From an uncultured Holophagales bacterium (GTDB lineage: Bacteria; Acidobacteriota; Thermoanaerobaculia; Multivoradales; UBA5704): a stretch of DNA of 64,000 bases. A program made the translations under genes and the position numbers. Of the stretch, positions 30,389 to 39,586 are shown piece after piece (the stretch's first letter is position 1; every line of letters starts with the position of its first letter). The DNA lies in the NCBI GenBank assembly GCA_963842525.1, contig CAWJGT010000003.1:32001-96000 (forward strand), in the 5' to 3' direction. Below the pieces are notes generated by a model. The model saw nothing but the letters and a program-made list of their open reading frames with translations, searched no databases and was not told the DNA's origin.

Positions 30389-31295
30389 CCAGGTACTGCA
30401 AGACCGCCGCAACGAGATCGCGCACATCCGCTTTCGGCTGCAGGTAATGGTCGGCGCCCCACACTGGATAGACCAGCCCCGGCCGGGCACAGACATCCGC
30501 GAGGACCAGTCCTCCGTCGTTGGGTCCAAGCGGAGTGAGCCGGCGATGGCAGCGCCGCGCGATAGCGCGGGTCAGATGCACACGGAGAGGGAAGCCCACG
30601 ATGCTGATCATCTGGATGTGCGCCGGCAGACGCAGCTCACAGTCGAGCGGGTGCCCGGGACCGTAGAGCAGGTCGTCGAGGAAGCCCAGGCTCTGCCCGC
30701 GCAGCTTGTAGTAGAGACGGTTCAGCACCGCGCCCGGGCTCCGGGACAGCAGCCACTCCGCCATCGGAGTGCCTTCGAGGATCCCGCAGAGGCTGACCCA
30801 GCCGATCACGTTTTCGAACGCGGGCCCGGCGCCGGGTTGTGCCAGCGCCATCTTCAGATCCGCGCCACCTTTGCTCAACGAAGCCAGGATGATGCGCCGC
30901 CGCGGCTGCCGCGCCAGCCAATCGCAGATGATCCGGGCATTCTGTTGCAAGGTTCCGGTGCTCGCGATCGGGATGAGGTCCGTCGGGCAGCCGAGCCGCT
31001 CCGCCTGCTCCCGCACGACGTGGCCGTCCGCGCCGGAGCGCGGATTCTCCCGGTAGAAGACGCCTGGGACGATCACGAGGATCGTTTGCGGGTCCCAGGC
31101 GGCCGGCGCCCGCCGGCCGCGGATCTCTTCGATGCGGCGGATGAACGGTCCATGGATCGGCGACTCCCGCACGCTGCGATAGAGCAGGGTCGTCGCCGCA
31201 TCGATCCCATCCCTGGCAGCGATCTCCCGCAGCTCGCCGGCGCTCGGGAGCGTCGCGCGATCGAACAGCACCGGAGCGTCCAGCGCCGCCATCAT
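30366..31295 (-). CDS. Alpha/beta-hydrolase-fold protein (lipase/acyltransferase-like)
   Basis: VIVPG, SLSKGG nucleophile elbow, NDGG and ADH (putative Ser-Asp-His triad). Confidence 0.65.
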   Translation of the reverse strand: MMAALDAPVLFDRATLPSAGELREIAARDGIDAATTLLYRSVRESPIHGPFIRRIEEIRGRRAPAAWDPQTILVIVPGVFYRENPRSGADGHVVREQAERLGCPTDLIPIASTGTLQQNARIICDWLARQPRRRIILASLSKGGADLKMALAQPGAGPAFENVIGWVSLCGILEGTPMAEWLLSRSPGAVLNRLYYKLRGQSLGFLDDLLYGPGHPLDCELRLPAHIQMISIVGFPLRVHLTRAIARRCHRRLTPLGPNDGGLVLADVCARPGLVYPVWGADHYLQPKADVRDLVAAVLQYLGDPWTPS

Positions 31296-31884
31296 GCCGG
31301 CTTACGGCGCCTGCCGAGAAGGAAGCCGGCCAGCCAGTCCCACGACGAGCGCGATGCCGCCCTGCCCACCAGGCCTGCGCTTGGCCATCGCCAGGAGCGG
31401 GTTGTCGAAGAGGTTGTCGGACATGTGCAGGTTGGCGACCAGCCAACGGTCGCCTTCCTTGACCAGCGTGGCGCTCCACCGCGCAGGCAGATCGAACGTC
31501 CTGCCGCTGGTCATCCGGAAGTGCTCGACACGCGCTTCCGAAGGCGATGCCGGTGTCGCCGCCGTAGAGGATGGTGAGCTCATCCACCTCGACGTCCGCC
31601 TTGTAGCTGTCGACGGCCTTGTCCGGGCCGGTCAGCATGCGGTTGAGGTACGTGCGCACGCCGTCGCGTCCGCGGCTGACCTCCGCGTTGTGCCAGGTGA
31701 CGGCCACATTGGGATGGAGATAGGTGAGCTGGCGCTCGATGTCGCCCTTGCCCATCGCATCGAGCAACCCGTCCCGCAGTGCGCGCAGCTCGTTGTGAAC
31801 CGCTTCATCCGGCGGCGGCGCTTGCGACGACATCGGTACGGCTGCTACGCACAGGAGCATCAGAGCTGCGACCGTTGTCTTCAT
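31292..31884 (-). CDS. Exported NTF2/SnoaL (DUF4440-like) protein with C-terminal TM anchor; 2-3 frameshifts
   Basis: Signal peptide, SRGRDGVRTY, then in another frame RWSATLVKEGDRWLVANLHMS; the stop overlaps the next ATG (ATGA at 31292-31295). Confidence 0.65.
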
Positions 31885-32881
31885 CTTGACCCTTTCGTGG
31901 CAGCGTCGCCACCCAGTGGAAAAAGTCGATCATGTCCTGATCGTTCGGTCCAAGACTCGCAGGGTTATATCGGGTTGCACGTAGACGGCGCGTCTCGTCC
32001 TTGAGATATCCGTGCGTGAACAGCCTGCGCACCCACAATTGCAGCGGCGTGAAGAGCCGCAGCGGGAACGACGCTCGGCGCGCCAGGACAATCCCCTGGC
32101 ACAACGTCCGGCCGTCCTCCAGAGGCTCCATCACGAGGAGGAAGCCGCTTCGCACGCGGGCGAAGTCGGAGGTGATCACGGCGAAGGTCCCGCCCCAGAT
32201 CGTCAGCGTGATCTTCACCGTACGCCCCGCGCCGACCCGCAGGAAGTGGTCGAAGATCGTATGCCCCACGACTTTCGCCTCGTAGCTGTTGCGCCGCGCG
32301 AAAGGAGCCGGGCAGTCGATCGCGGGCGGCCCCAACAACTCGCGGTCGTGGACGGCCGCGAAGTGCTGCCGGTCGAACGCGTGCGCCGAATTCATGTACC
32401 AGGTGCAGTCGGCGACATAGCTGAACAGCTTCGCCGCCACGAAGTCCTGCGGCTCCGCGTCCAGGAAGAAGGGCAACGGAAAAGGAGCCTCGCTCCCGTT
32501 GAAGAAGAAGAGATAGCCATGCCGCTCCTCGACGGGATAGGTCCGCAGGCAGGCAAAGGAGGGAATGTGCGATGAATTCGGGATCGACGTGCAGACGCCG
32601 TCCGTGCCATAGCGCCAGTTGTGGAACGGACATTGAATCGTCTCGCCGACCACCGATCCCAGGCCGAGGTCCGCGCCCAGGTGCGTGCAATGCGCGTCCA
32701 TGAGCGCGACGCGTCCGCTCGCCGTCCGAAAAGCCACCAACTGCCGTCCCAGGATGCGCTTGGAGAGAGGGCCCTGGAGCAACTGCCGGCTCTCGCAGAA
32801 GAGATACCACGACGGCGGATAGGCGGAGAAGGCGTCCGCCGGAGGAGCCTTGGGTAGACTAATGGATGACTTTCCCAGCAT
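31805..32881 (-). CDS. Rieske [2Fe-2S] non-heme oxygenase (KshA/VanA-like)
   Basis: CTHLGADL...CPFHNW Rieske motif; DRQHFAAVH mononuclear-iron motif. Confidence 0.9.
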   Translation of the reverse strand: MLGKSSISLPKAPPADAFSAYPPSWYLFCESRQLLQGPLSKRILGRQLVAFRTASGRVALMDAHCTHLGADLGLGSVVGETIQCPFHNWRYGTDGVCTSIPNSSHIPSFACLRTYPVEERHGYLFFFNGSEAPFPLPFFLDAEPQDFVAAKLFSYVADCTWYMNSAHAFDRQHFAAVHDRELLGPPAIDCPAPFARRNSYEAKVVGHTIFDHFLRVGAGRTVKITLTIWGGTFAVITSDFARVRSGFLLVMEPLEDGRTLCQGIVLARRASFPLRLFTPLQLWVRRLFTHGYLKDETRRLRATRYNPASLGPNDQDMIDFFHWVATLPRKGQDEDNGRSSDAPVRSSRTDVVASAAAG

Positions 32882-33779
32882 AGCGATTCTCCACGCGCTC
32901 ATCGGAAAACTGCGGGCCGCGCCATTCGTGCAGATAGGCCTTGAGCAGGCTGCCGCGCCCCTCCTCCCGGGAGGAGAGAGAGGGCAGATGGATCCACGGG
33001 ACCGTCGGGCGCATGTGATGATTCAGATGCCAGTTGTGGTTCAGCCAGACGAGGTCGAGCAGCCGGAACGTGCGCAGGTTCAGCGCCCCCTTCTGCACAT
33101 GGCGCTCTGTCCCGTAATGGTGCGCGTACTGCATCGCCGACCAGGTGAGCCCGAAGCCGAACAGCACCACCAGGTAGGAAAGAATAGGAATGCTCCAGAA
33201 ATAGATCAGCGCGGCATGCAGGAGGATCGCCGCCAGCGCCTCCGCCTGGATGAGCCGGCGGTATTTCGGGTTCAACGACTCCAGGAAGGCTTCCGTGGGC
33301 CGGTTGAACTTCGTATAGCGCGGTGTGATGATCGACGGCCGCAGCGCAACGACGAAATTGGTGAGGAGGATGAGCACCCAGAACATCCCCGTGAGCGTGC
33401 CGTAGAGCTGGACGTATTTCCAGAAGCGGTTCTCGTCCTCGAAATACAGGTCGAACGCTTCGTCGTCCGAGCGGTTGCGGATGTGATGGCCGATGTGTCC
33501 CTGGCGGATCAGGTGGAACGGCGCGGGGAAGAAGAGCGCCAGGATGGCCCCCACGGTTTGATTGACCTTGGGATTCGGATGCAGGAGGTTGTGCTCGGCC
33601 TCGTGCAGCATCGCGTAGCCCGAGTTCATCGTGATCCCATAGGCCAGGGACAGCAACGCGATCCAGCCCCAGGAATCGACCTGGCCCGTTGCCCAGAGGA
33701 TTGCACAGAGGCAGACGACCTGAGCCGCAGCGATGCCGAGGTTCAGCCGCGCGGGGATCGGAAACTCGGAACGGCTCAT
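32859..33779 (-). CDS. Membrane fatty acid desaturase-family protein
   Basis: His boxes HEAEH, HIGHH and HLNHH; TM helices. Confidence 0.9.
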   Translation of the reverse strand: MSRSEFPIPARLNLGIAAAQVVCLCAILWATGQVDSWGWIALLSLAYGITMNSGYAMLHEAEHNLLHPNPKVNQTVGAILALFFPAPFHLIRQGHIGHHIRNRSDDEAFDLYFEDENRFWKYVQLYGTLTGMFWVLILLTNFVVALRPSIITPRYTKFNRPTEAFLESLNPKYRRLIQAEALAAILLHAALIYFWSIPILSYLVVLFGFGLTWSAMQYAHHYGTERHVQKGALNLRTFRLLDLVWLNHNWHLNHHMRPTVPWIHLPSLSSREEGRGSLLKAYLHEWRGPQFSDERVENRYAGKVIH

Positions 33780-34684
33780 GGTACGACCTCCAGCCGTGGG
33801 TGATAACCACAGAGCTTCAAGCCGCGGAATTCCGGCGCTCGATCGAAGCGGGCGAACGTCCTTGGGACGATCTCGCGCGAGTAGAGGGACTTCCTGTACG
33901 CCTCGTCCCGGGACAGCGCCAGCAGCTCGCGCCGCATTTCGGGCAGGCGCTCGCGCAGCTCCGGCAGCTCGCGCACCAGCTCGTCGAGTACGTGCAGTTG
34001 GGCGCGCTTCGGTGCCGCGAAGAATTCCTCCATCATCCAGGCGAACAGCTTCGCATTCATCGTGCGCAGGAAGGGGCGAGCACGCAGCCACAGCGCATCG
34101 AGGAGCTCCTCGTCCCAGCGCACATGCCGCGCTTCGTCCGCCAGATGAAGCCGATGCGTCGCGACGAAGGAGGGCTCGATCGTCGTCGGATTGCGGAGAT
34201 AGCTTCGCGAATAGAACAGGGACCGTTCCTCCTGGAGGAGCATCAGCCAGAGGAACAGAGGGAAGGAGAGCGGGTGATTCACGGTCCACCGCAGGACCGG
34301 CACCAACACGGCAGGGGTCTTGATGAAACAGGTATTCCGGTTGCCATAAAGGTGAGGGGCACAGCGCTGGTTGAGCCGCCGGAACATCTCCGTATGCTGC
34401 CGTTCCTCGTCGCGAAACTGCCGCAGCCCTTCGGCAAGCCGGTCCGGCCACGGCTCGCGAAGCAACGCGGCGAGGAGCGGCCCGAGGGCCGCTTCGAAAA
34501 ACATGATCTGTTCGTTGAAGTAGAGCGCGTGGAGCTGGTTGTACCGCAGGCGCTGCTCCGCCGTGAGCTCCCGGTACGACGGTGTGTAGAAGAGAGGCGT
34601 GAGCTCGGCCGGAATGAAGGGTTTCCCTACATCGAGGGGAGCCTCTTCAAGGAGGGACGCCACCGCCATTGCATTCATGGTCAT
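33776..34684 (-). CDS. AurF/CmlI-like diiron oxygenase
   Basis: TPLFYTPSYRELTAEQRLRYN, E...FE, EERQH, EE, HLADEARH diiron ligands. Confidence 0.8.
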   Translation of the reverse strand: MTMNAMAVASLLEEAPLDVGKPFIPAELTPLFYTPSYRELTAEQRLRYNQLHALYFNEQIMFFEAALGPLLAALLREPWPDRLAEGLRQFRDEERQHTEMFRRLNQRCAPHLYGNRNTCFIKTPAVLVPVLRWTVNHPLSFPLFLWLMLLQEERSLFYSRSYLRNPTTIEPSFVATHRLHLADEARHVRWDEELLDALWLRARPFLRTMNAKLFAWMMEEFFAAPKRAQLHVLDELVRELPELRERLPEMRRELLALSRDEAYRKSLYSREIVPRTFARFDRAPEFRGLKLCGYHPRLEVVP

Positions 34685-34690
34685 TCGAGT

Positions 34691-36232
34691 CTATGCCTCG
34701 TACACAGCAGCGTCAACGTGTTTTCCGAACACCTCGGCCCATCCAGGCTCCGGCGACAGGGCCAGCGGCTTGACGTCGCCCAGCCGCTGGCCGCGCTGGC
34801 GGCAGCGGTCCAGATACAGGGCAAAGGCACCCTCGTCCAGCGGCGCGACCGTCACCGGCGCGAGCTGACCGAGCTGGCGGCAGAGACGGTATTGCGGGTT
34901 GGCCGACAGCTCTTCGTCGAGGATCTCCGGGAGGGCTGGTGAATGGCTCCTGGATTCCAGATAAAGGATGTAGCCGGCCGGGAGCGCGCAGGCGGGAGCG
35001 AGCAGGGCAAAACGGGGCGCCAGGCCGACGCGCCGGAACGCACGGTCGAGAGCTCCGGCCACGAAGGCTTCGTGAAGCTTTTCGCCGCGCAGGTCGGAGA
35101 CGTGGCCCTCCTTGCCAAGGAAGCGGAGAGAAGGCGTGCGGCCGAGGAAGCCTTCGACGCGCACGCGGTCTTCCAATCGGTAGCGGTAGAGCCCGCCGCC
35201 GGTCGTCACCACCACCGAATATATGCCCCCCTCCTCGAGCTCCCACGCGAAACGCGGATGTCCGTCCTCGAGGAATTCGAAAACGTGAGAGCGGATCGCG
35301 AGCGGCCATTTTCCCGCGAAAGGAATCGTCACGAACCCTTCCGTGGCAAGCAGCCCTTTGGGCTGGATCTCCACTCCCGGGAATCTGCGCGCCAGGCCGG
35401 AAAGAGCGAGGGCCGCATGAGCGTCCCCCCAGCAACTGATCAGGCCGAGGCGAGGCCAGATGCGGACCGGCTCTTCCGGAGAGAGGCGCCGCAGCTCGGC
35501 GGCCCGGCGCGGATCGAGGTCCCGCAGGAGGGATTCCCAGAACGCCGGCAGGGCCTCCAGCAGGAGAGTGAGGAAGCTCGGGTGCCAGACGGAAATCAAC
35601 GACAGATCGCGGCGTCGGAGGAGGAAGAGCAAAGTCACGTAGCGGAAGGTGTCGACATCCTTGATATGCCTGACAGCCCCTGGCACGGCCAGCGTGGCGT
35701 CGGCGAGCCGCTGCCAGAAGCCGCCCAGGTATGCGGCGTCCTCCTCGAAGCCGACCCGGACGGCCGAAGGCGCCTGCTCCTCGTTCGTCTCGATTGGGGT
35801 GATCGACCAGTAGGCCGAGCCGAGGGCGAGCCGGGGCCTGCACGCATAGAGGTCGAACACCCAGGGGGCCACGGCGTGGCGGATCTCCCGTTGCATCTCT
35901 GAAGTATAGGGAATGAGCTTCGCCGCCGCTGAGGAGCCGCCGGTGGGCTCCAGCGTCCGCACAGGCGAACGGGTCAGGACGCCGGCCTCGCCAACCCGGA
36001 TCCGCTCGACCCACGGCGCGACGTCCTCCCATGAAGCAAGGGGAACCCGGTCCTGGTATTCCTCCGCGGTCCGGATCTCCCCGAAGCGGTGCGCGCGGCC
36101 GAAGGCGGTGCCGGCGCTGTCACGAAGGTAGCCTCGAAGGAGGGCACGCTGGATGGCCTCCGGGTCGTCGAGGGCCTGGCGGAAGCGGAGGTAGCCAGGG
36201 AGATTGGCTGCGAGCCAGGGGAGGGACCTCAC
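34691..36232 (-). CDS. GH3-family acyl-acid amido synthetase
   Basis: TAFGRAHRF, YQDRVP, EPTGGSS...KLIPYT, LLATEG, VVTTGGGLYRYRLED, GEKL, NPQY; GTG start lies in the repeat arm. Confidence 0.88.
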   Translation of the reverse strand: MRSLPWLAANLPGYLRFRQALDDPEAIQRALLRGYLRDSAGTAFGRAHRFGEIRTAEEYQDRVPLASWEDVAPWVERIRVGEAGVLTRSPVRTLEPTGGSSAAAKLIPYTSEMQREIRHAVAPWVFDLYACRPRLALGSAYWSITPIETNEEQAPSAVRVGFEEDAAYLGGFWQRLADATLAVPGAVRHIKDVDTFRYVTLLFLLRRRDLSLISVWHPSFLTLLLEALPAFWESLLRDLDPRRAAELRRLSPEEPVRIWPRLGLISCWGDAHAALALSGLARRFPGVEIQPKGLLATEGFVTIPFAGKWPLAIRSHVFEFLEDGHPRFAWELEEGGIYSVVVTTGGGLYRYRLEDRVRVEGFLGRTPSLRFLGKEGHVSDLRGEKLHEAFVAGALDRAFRRVGLAPRFALLAPACALPAGYILYLESRSHSPALPEILDEELSANPQYRLCRQLGQLAPVTVAPLDEGAFALYLDRCRQRGQRLGDVKPLALSPEPGWAEVFGKHVDAAVYEA

Positions 36233-36417
36233 CCCCTGTCCCCCTCTCCCATCGCCCCCCCACCGACCGGGAGAGGGGGGACGTTGTTGAAGCTTCCTTT
36301 GCGAGTCCATGGCCGTTTCGAGGCACATGGCTTCGACCTTGCCACTGGGGCACAAGCCACGTTCCCCCTCTCCCGGTCGGTGGGGGGGCGACGGGAGAGG
36401 GGGCTAGGGGGTGAGGT
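36226..36417. repeat. REPIN/MITE-like palindromic element, copy 2, inside the operon
   Basis: ACCTCACCCCCT...GGGAGAGGGGGGACGT, core, ACGTTCCCCCTCTCCC...GGGGGTGAGGT. Confidence 0.9.
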
Positions 36418-37113
36418 CATCCCCACATCCTCCGCCCCGCCCGCGTCAAGTTTTCTTCCGCCAACTCGGTCAGACAGACGAGGCTCGTCCCCTCGCACCC
36501 AGCCGGGGTTCCTCTCCAGGAAGAAGGCCACGTGAGGATCTTCCAGCCGGCCCGGCGGGATCTCGGCGCATCCCTCCCGCAGCACCTGCGGCTCTGGGAA
36601 GCGGACGATCCCTTCCTTGTCTCGATAGAGATCGCCGAATCGCTCTCGGGCGAGGAAGCCGAGCAGCTCCCGGACCTCCGGCGGTGTCGTGCCGTCGTGG
36701 CGCGGCCAGAAATCTCGCCAGAAGACGGGGAGGAAGCGGTAGGTGCGGAAGCCCGAGGTCAGGAGCAGCCACCAGAGCCTTCCCCGGGGATTGCTCTCGC
36801 GCAGCGTGCGGACCGCGGCGATCCAGCAGCGGGGGAGCGCGGCGGTGCCCCAGGCGTCCTGCTCGACGATCGTGTCTCCCGAGTAGACGACGGTGACCGG
36901 CTCGCCTCCCGGCGGTGTCGTTTCGTAGATCCGGAGCGTCGAAAAGCCCCGGAGGCAGCCGTCCTCTTCGAGGAGCAGCGCCCAGTTCTTTTCGGCGAGA
37001 TCGGCTGCGAAGCGCTCGCGCGTGACCCCGGCGAAGTAGGCGGCGAGCAGATCGAGCATCGCCTCCCGCTCCGCGCTTGTCAGCTCTTCGCGACGCACCA
37101 GACGACCCCTCAC
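36417..37113 (-). CDS. GNAT-like protein; frameshift near 36483
   Basis: LRGFST, VVYSGDTIV...WGT, LLTSGFRTYRFLP, FFLERNPGW..GDELVCL after a frame change; GTGA overlap with the upstream gene. Confidence 0.7.
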
Positions 37114-38216
37114 AGCAGCGCCGCCTCGACATGGGGGAGGAGGCTGCCGTCGAGGGCCGGTTCCTCGTCTCCATCCCAGTGGACGGTGTACAGGACGCTC
37201 GCATATTCCCGCGGGCGGAAGCGGCGCTTCAGCCACGGCAGCCAGGGGTGGTGGGCCGCGAGGCCGAGGACCAGATAGGAGAGCCGCCGGGCACAGGCTT
37301 CCGCGTGGGCAGACTCCATGAGGGCCCGGAAGACCTCCGGATCGTCGCGGTCGACTGCCAGGTGCGAGACATACGCGTGCGGGAGCGGCTCGCCGGGATC
37401 GGGCAGGCGCGGCGTGCCCAGCCAGCGGCCGAGCCGGTTCAGAAGGGGGCGCCAGCGGGCGAGGCGCGGGCCGTAGCCGCGGACCACCACCTGTTTGAAC
37501 GAGCTCTGGTCCCAGATTGCCAGGCAGCCTACCACCTCGCCGTCCACCATGGCCAGCCGGAAATCCTCCGGCGCCAGCCCGCGGCTGCGCTCGTTCGACA
37601 GGAGCTCGGCCTCGGTGAAGAAGGGGGCCGCCTGGTAGCGACGGCGATTGCGCGCCAGGCAAGCCGCCACTTCGCCCATCAGTCTGTGCGTGCCGCGCTC
37701 GATGTGGACCGACGCTCGTCCGCGACGCGGACGGAGCGCCGGCAGGATCAGTGTCGAGAAGCCTGCCAGCTCGCGATAGCGGGGCAGACCCGGCACGCTC
37801 GCTTCGAGGAGGCGGCGGGCCATGCGGTTGTCCGCGATGATCGAGGTCACGTCGAAGGGAGCTTCGTCCGGCCGCCGGAGATCCTTCAGGATCCGGTAGC
37901 CGCCGGCGAGGAGCCGGACCCGTCCCCGGTAGGCCCGGTCGAGCCGGAGCTGGGCGAGGTAGCCCAGCCGTCGCGGCGTGCCGTCCACAAAGGCGTTCCA
38001 GACCGACCGGCTGCCCATCCCCACGATCTCTCCTGTCGCCGGATCGCGGGCGACCACCGTGTGATGCGGCTCCCCCTCGACTCCGGCGGCCAAGAAGGCG
38101 CTCGGCTCCCGCTCCAGGGAGACCCGGATCTCTCCCTCCATGGGGTTGTCGCGCAGCAGACGCCGGAGCCCCGCGTCGTCTTCCGGGTTCTCCGGGGTTG
38201 CGAGCTCGATCCTCAC
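37110..38216 (-). CDS. GNAT-like N-acyltransferase (tandem GNAT folds)
   Basis: IELAT...DD, LEREP, IVGMGSRS, LGYLAQLRLDRAYRG, TSIIADN..ARRLL. Confidence 0.7.
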   Translation of the reverse strand: MRIELATPENPEDDAGLRRLLRDNPMEGEIRVSLEREPSAFLAAGVEGEPHHTVVARDPATGEIVGMGSRSVWNAFVDGTPRRLGYLAQLRLDRAYRGRVRLLAGGYRILKDLRRPDEAPFDVTSIIADNRMARRLLEASVPGLPRYRELAGFSTLILPALRPRRGRASVHIERGTHRLMGEVAACLARNRRRYQAAPFFTEAELLSNERSRGLAPEDFRLAMVDGEVVGCLAIWDQSSFKQVVVRGYGPRLARWRPLLNRLGRWLGTPRLPDPGEPLPHAYVSHLAVDRDDPEVFRALMESAHAEACARRLSYLVLGLAAHHPWLPWLKRRFRPREYASVLYTVHWDGDEEPALDGSLLPHVEAALL

Positions 38217-38227
38217 TCTGGCCTTTC

Positions 38228-39586
38228 TCAGCTCGCCAACAGCAGCTCGCCCTGCCAGCCCTCGTCGCCCAGCGGAAAACGGTTGCGGCCGTCGACGTCC
38301 GAGCGGTGGAGGTAGTTGATGAGGAAGAAGTTGCGGAACATGAAGCCGTCCGACCGGTTCACCCGGTCGACGGACCGCCGCAGGATGCTCGGCCAGGAGT
38401 AGAAGGACCGCCGGGCCTCGACGCAGCAGCGCTCGACCTCCTCGGCCGTCATGCTCGCGGGCCGGAAGGGGACCTTGTTGTAGCTGTACTCGTCGTCCAG
38501 CCACCAGGCCTCGTAGAGGAGCTTGCCCTCGGCTTCCAGGCGCCGGTAGAGCGGCGTGCCCGGGAACGGCGTCAGATGGTTGAAGGCCGCGATATAGAAG
38601 CCATGCTCGCGCGCGAAGGCCACGGTCTCCGGGAAGCAGCCCGGCGTGTCGTCGTCGTAGCCGAAGATGAAGGTGCCATAGAGGCGGATGCCGTGCCGCC
38701 GCAGGTTTGCGAGCGCCTTGAGATAGCCGCCGCGCATGGTGTTGAAGCTCTTGTTCATGACGCGGAGGTTGTCCGGGTTGAGGCTCTCGAAGCCGATCAG
38801 CACGCCGCGGCAGCCGCTGCGCCGCAGGAGGTCGAGCAACTCCTCGTCGTGCGCGGCGTTGATGCTCGCCTGGCTGACCCAGCGGATGCCCAGCGGGATG
38901 AGGGCGCGGTAGAAGTCCTTGGCCTCCTGGAGGTTCGAGGTGATGTTGTCGTCGACGAAGAAGATCAGGCGCGCCTGATGGCGGATCTCCTCGATCTCGG
39001 CAAGGATCTCGTCGATCGGCCGCCGGGTCTGGGTGGCGCCGAAGACGGTCTGGACGGCGCAGAAGTCGCAGCGGAAGTGGCAGCCGCGGCCGGCCTCGAC
39101 GAGCCCGATGGGAAGATAGCGCTTGCCGCGGAAGATCCGGCGGTCGGGGCGGACGCCGGCCAGCGACGTGCGTCCCTGCTGGCGGTAGAGCTTGCGGGGA
39201 CGGCCGTGGCGCCAGTCGTCGACCACCTCCGGCCACAGCGCCTCGGCCTCGCCGACCACGACCGCCTCGGCGTAGCGGGCCACCTCGTCGGGGCAGAGGC
39301 TGGCGTGGAAGCCGCCCATCACCACGGGCACGCCGCGGCGCCGGTACTCGGTGGCGATCTGGTAGGCCCGCCGGGCCGTGTAGGTCTCGACCGACATGGC
39401 CACGAGGTCGGTCGGCTCGTCGAAAGGGATCGCCTCCATCCGGTCGTCGTAGAAGCGGACCTCGACGTCCGGCGGAGTCAGGCCGGCGATCAGGGCCGGC
39501 GGCAGCGGCTCCATCTGCCAGGTGCGGATGTAGGACCGGTCGCCCGCGCGGCGGCCGATGCACGGGTGGATGAGGGTGAGCTTCAA
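38228..39586 (-). CDS. Cobalamin-dependent radical SAM enzyme (second)
   Basis: VVMGGFH, VVVGEAE, RGCHFRCDFC, FFVDDN, IGFES, TPFPGT; TTG start overlaps the upstream TGA. Confidence 0.92.
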   Translation of the reverse strand: MKLTLIHPCIGRRAGDRSYIRTWQMEPLPPALIAGLTPPDVEVRFYDDRMEAIPFDEPTDLVAMSVETYTARRAYQIATEYRRRGVPVVMGGFHASLCPDEVARYAEAVVVGEAEALWPEVVDDWRHGRPRKLYRQQGRTSLAGVRPDRRIFRGKRYLPIGLVEAGRGCHFRCDFCAVQTVFGATQTRRPIDEILAEIEEIRHQARLIFFVDDNITSNLQEAKDFYRALIPLGIRWVSQASINAAHDEELLDLLRRSGCRGVLIGFESLNPDNLRVMNKSFNTMRGGYLKALANLRRHGIRLYGTFIFGYDDDTPGCFPETVAFAREHGFYIAAFNHLTPFPGTPLYRRLEAEGKLLYEAWWLDDEYSYNKVPFRPASMTAEEVERCCVEARRSFYSWPSILRRSVDRVNRSDGFMFRNFFLINYLHRSDVDGRNRFPLGDEGWQGELLLAS

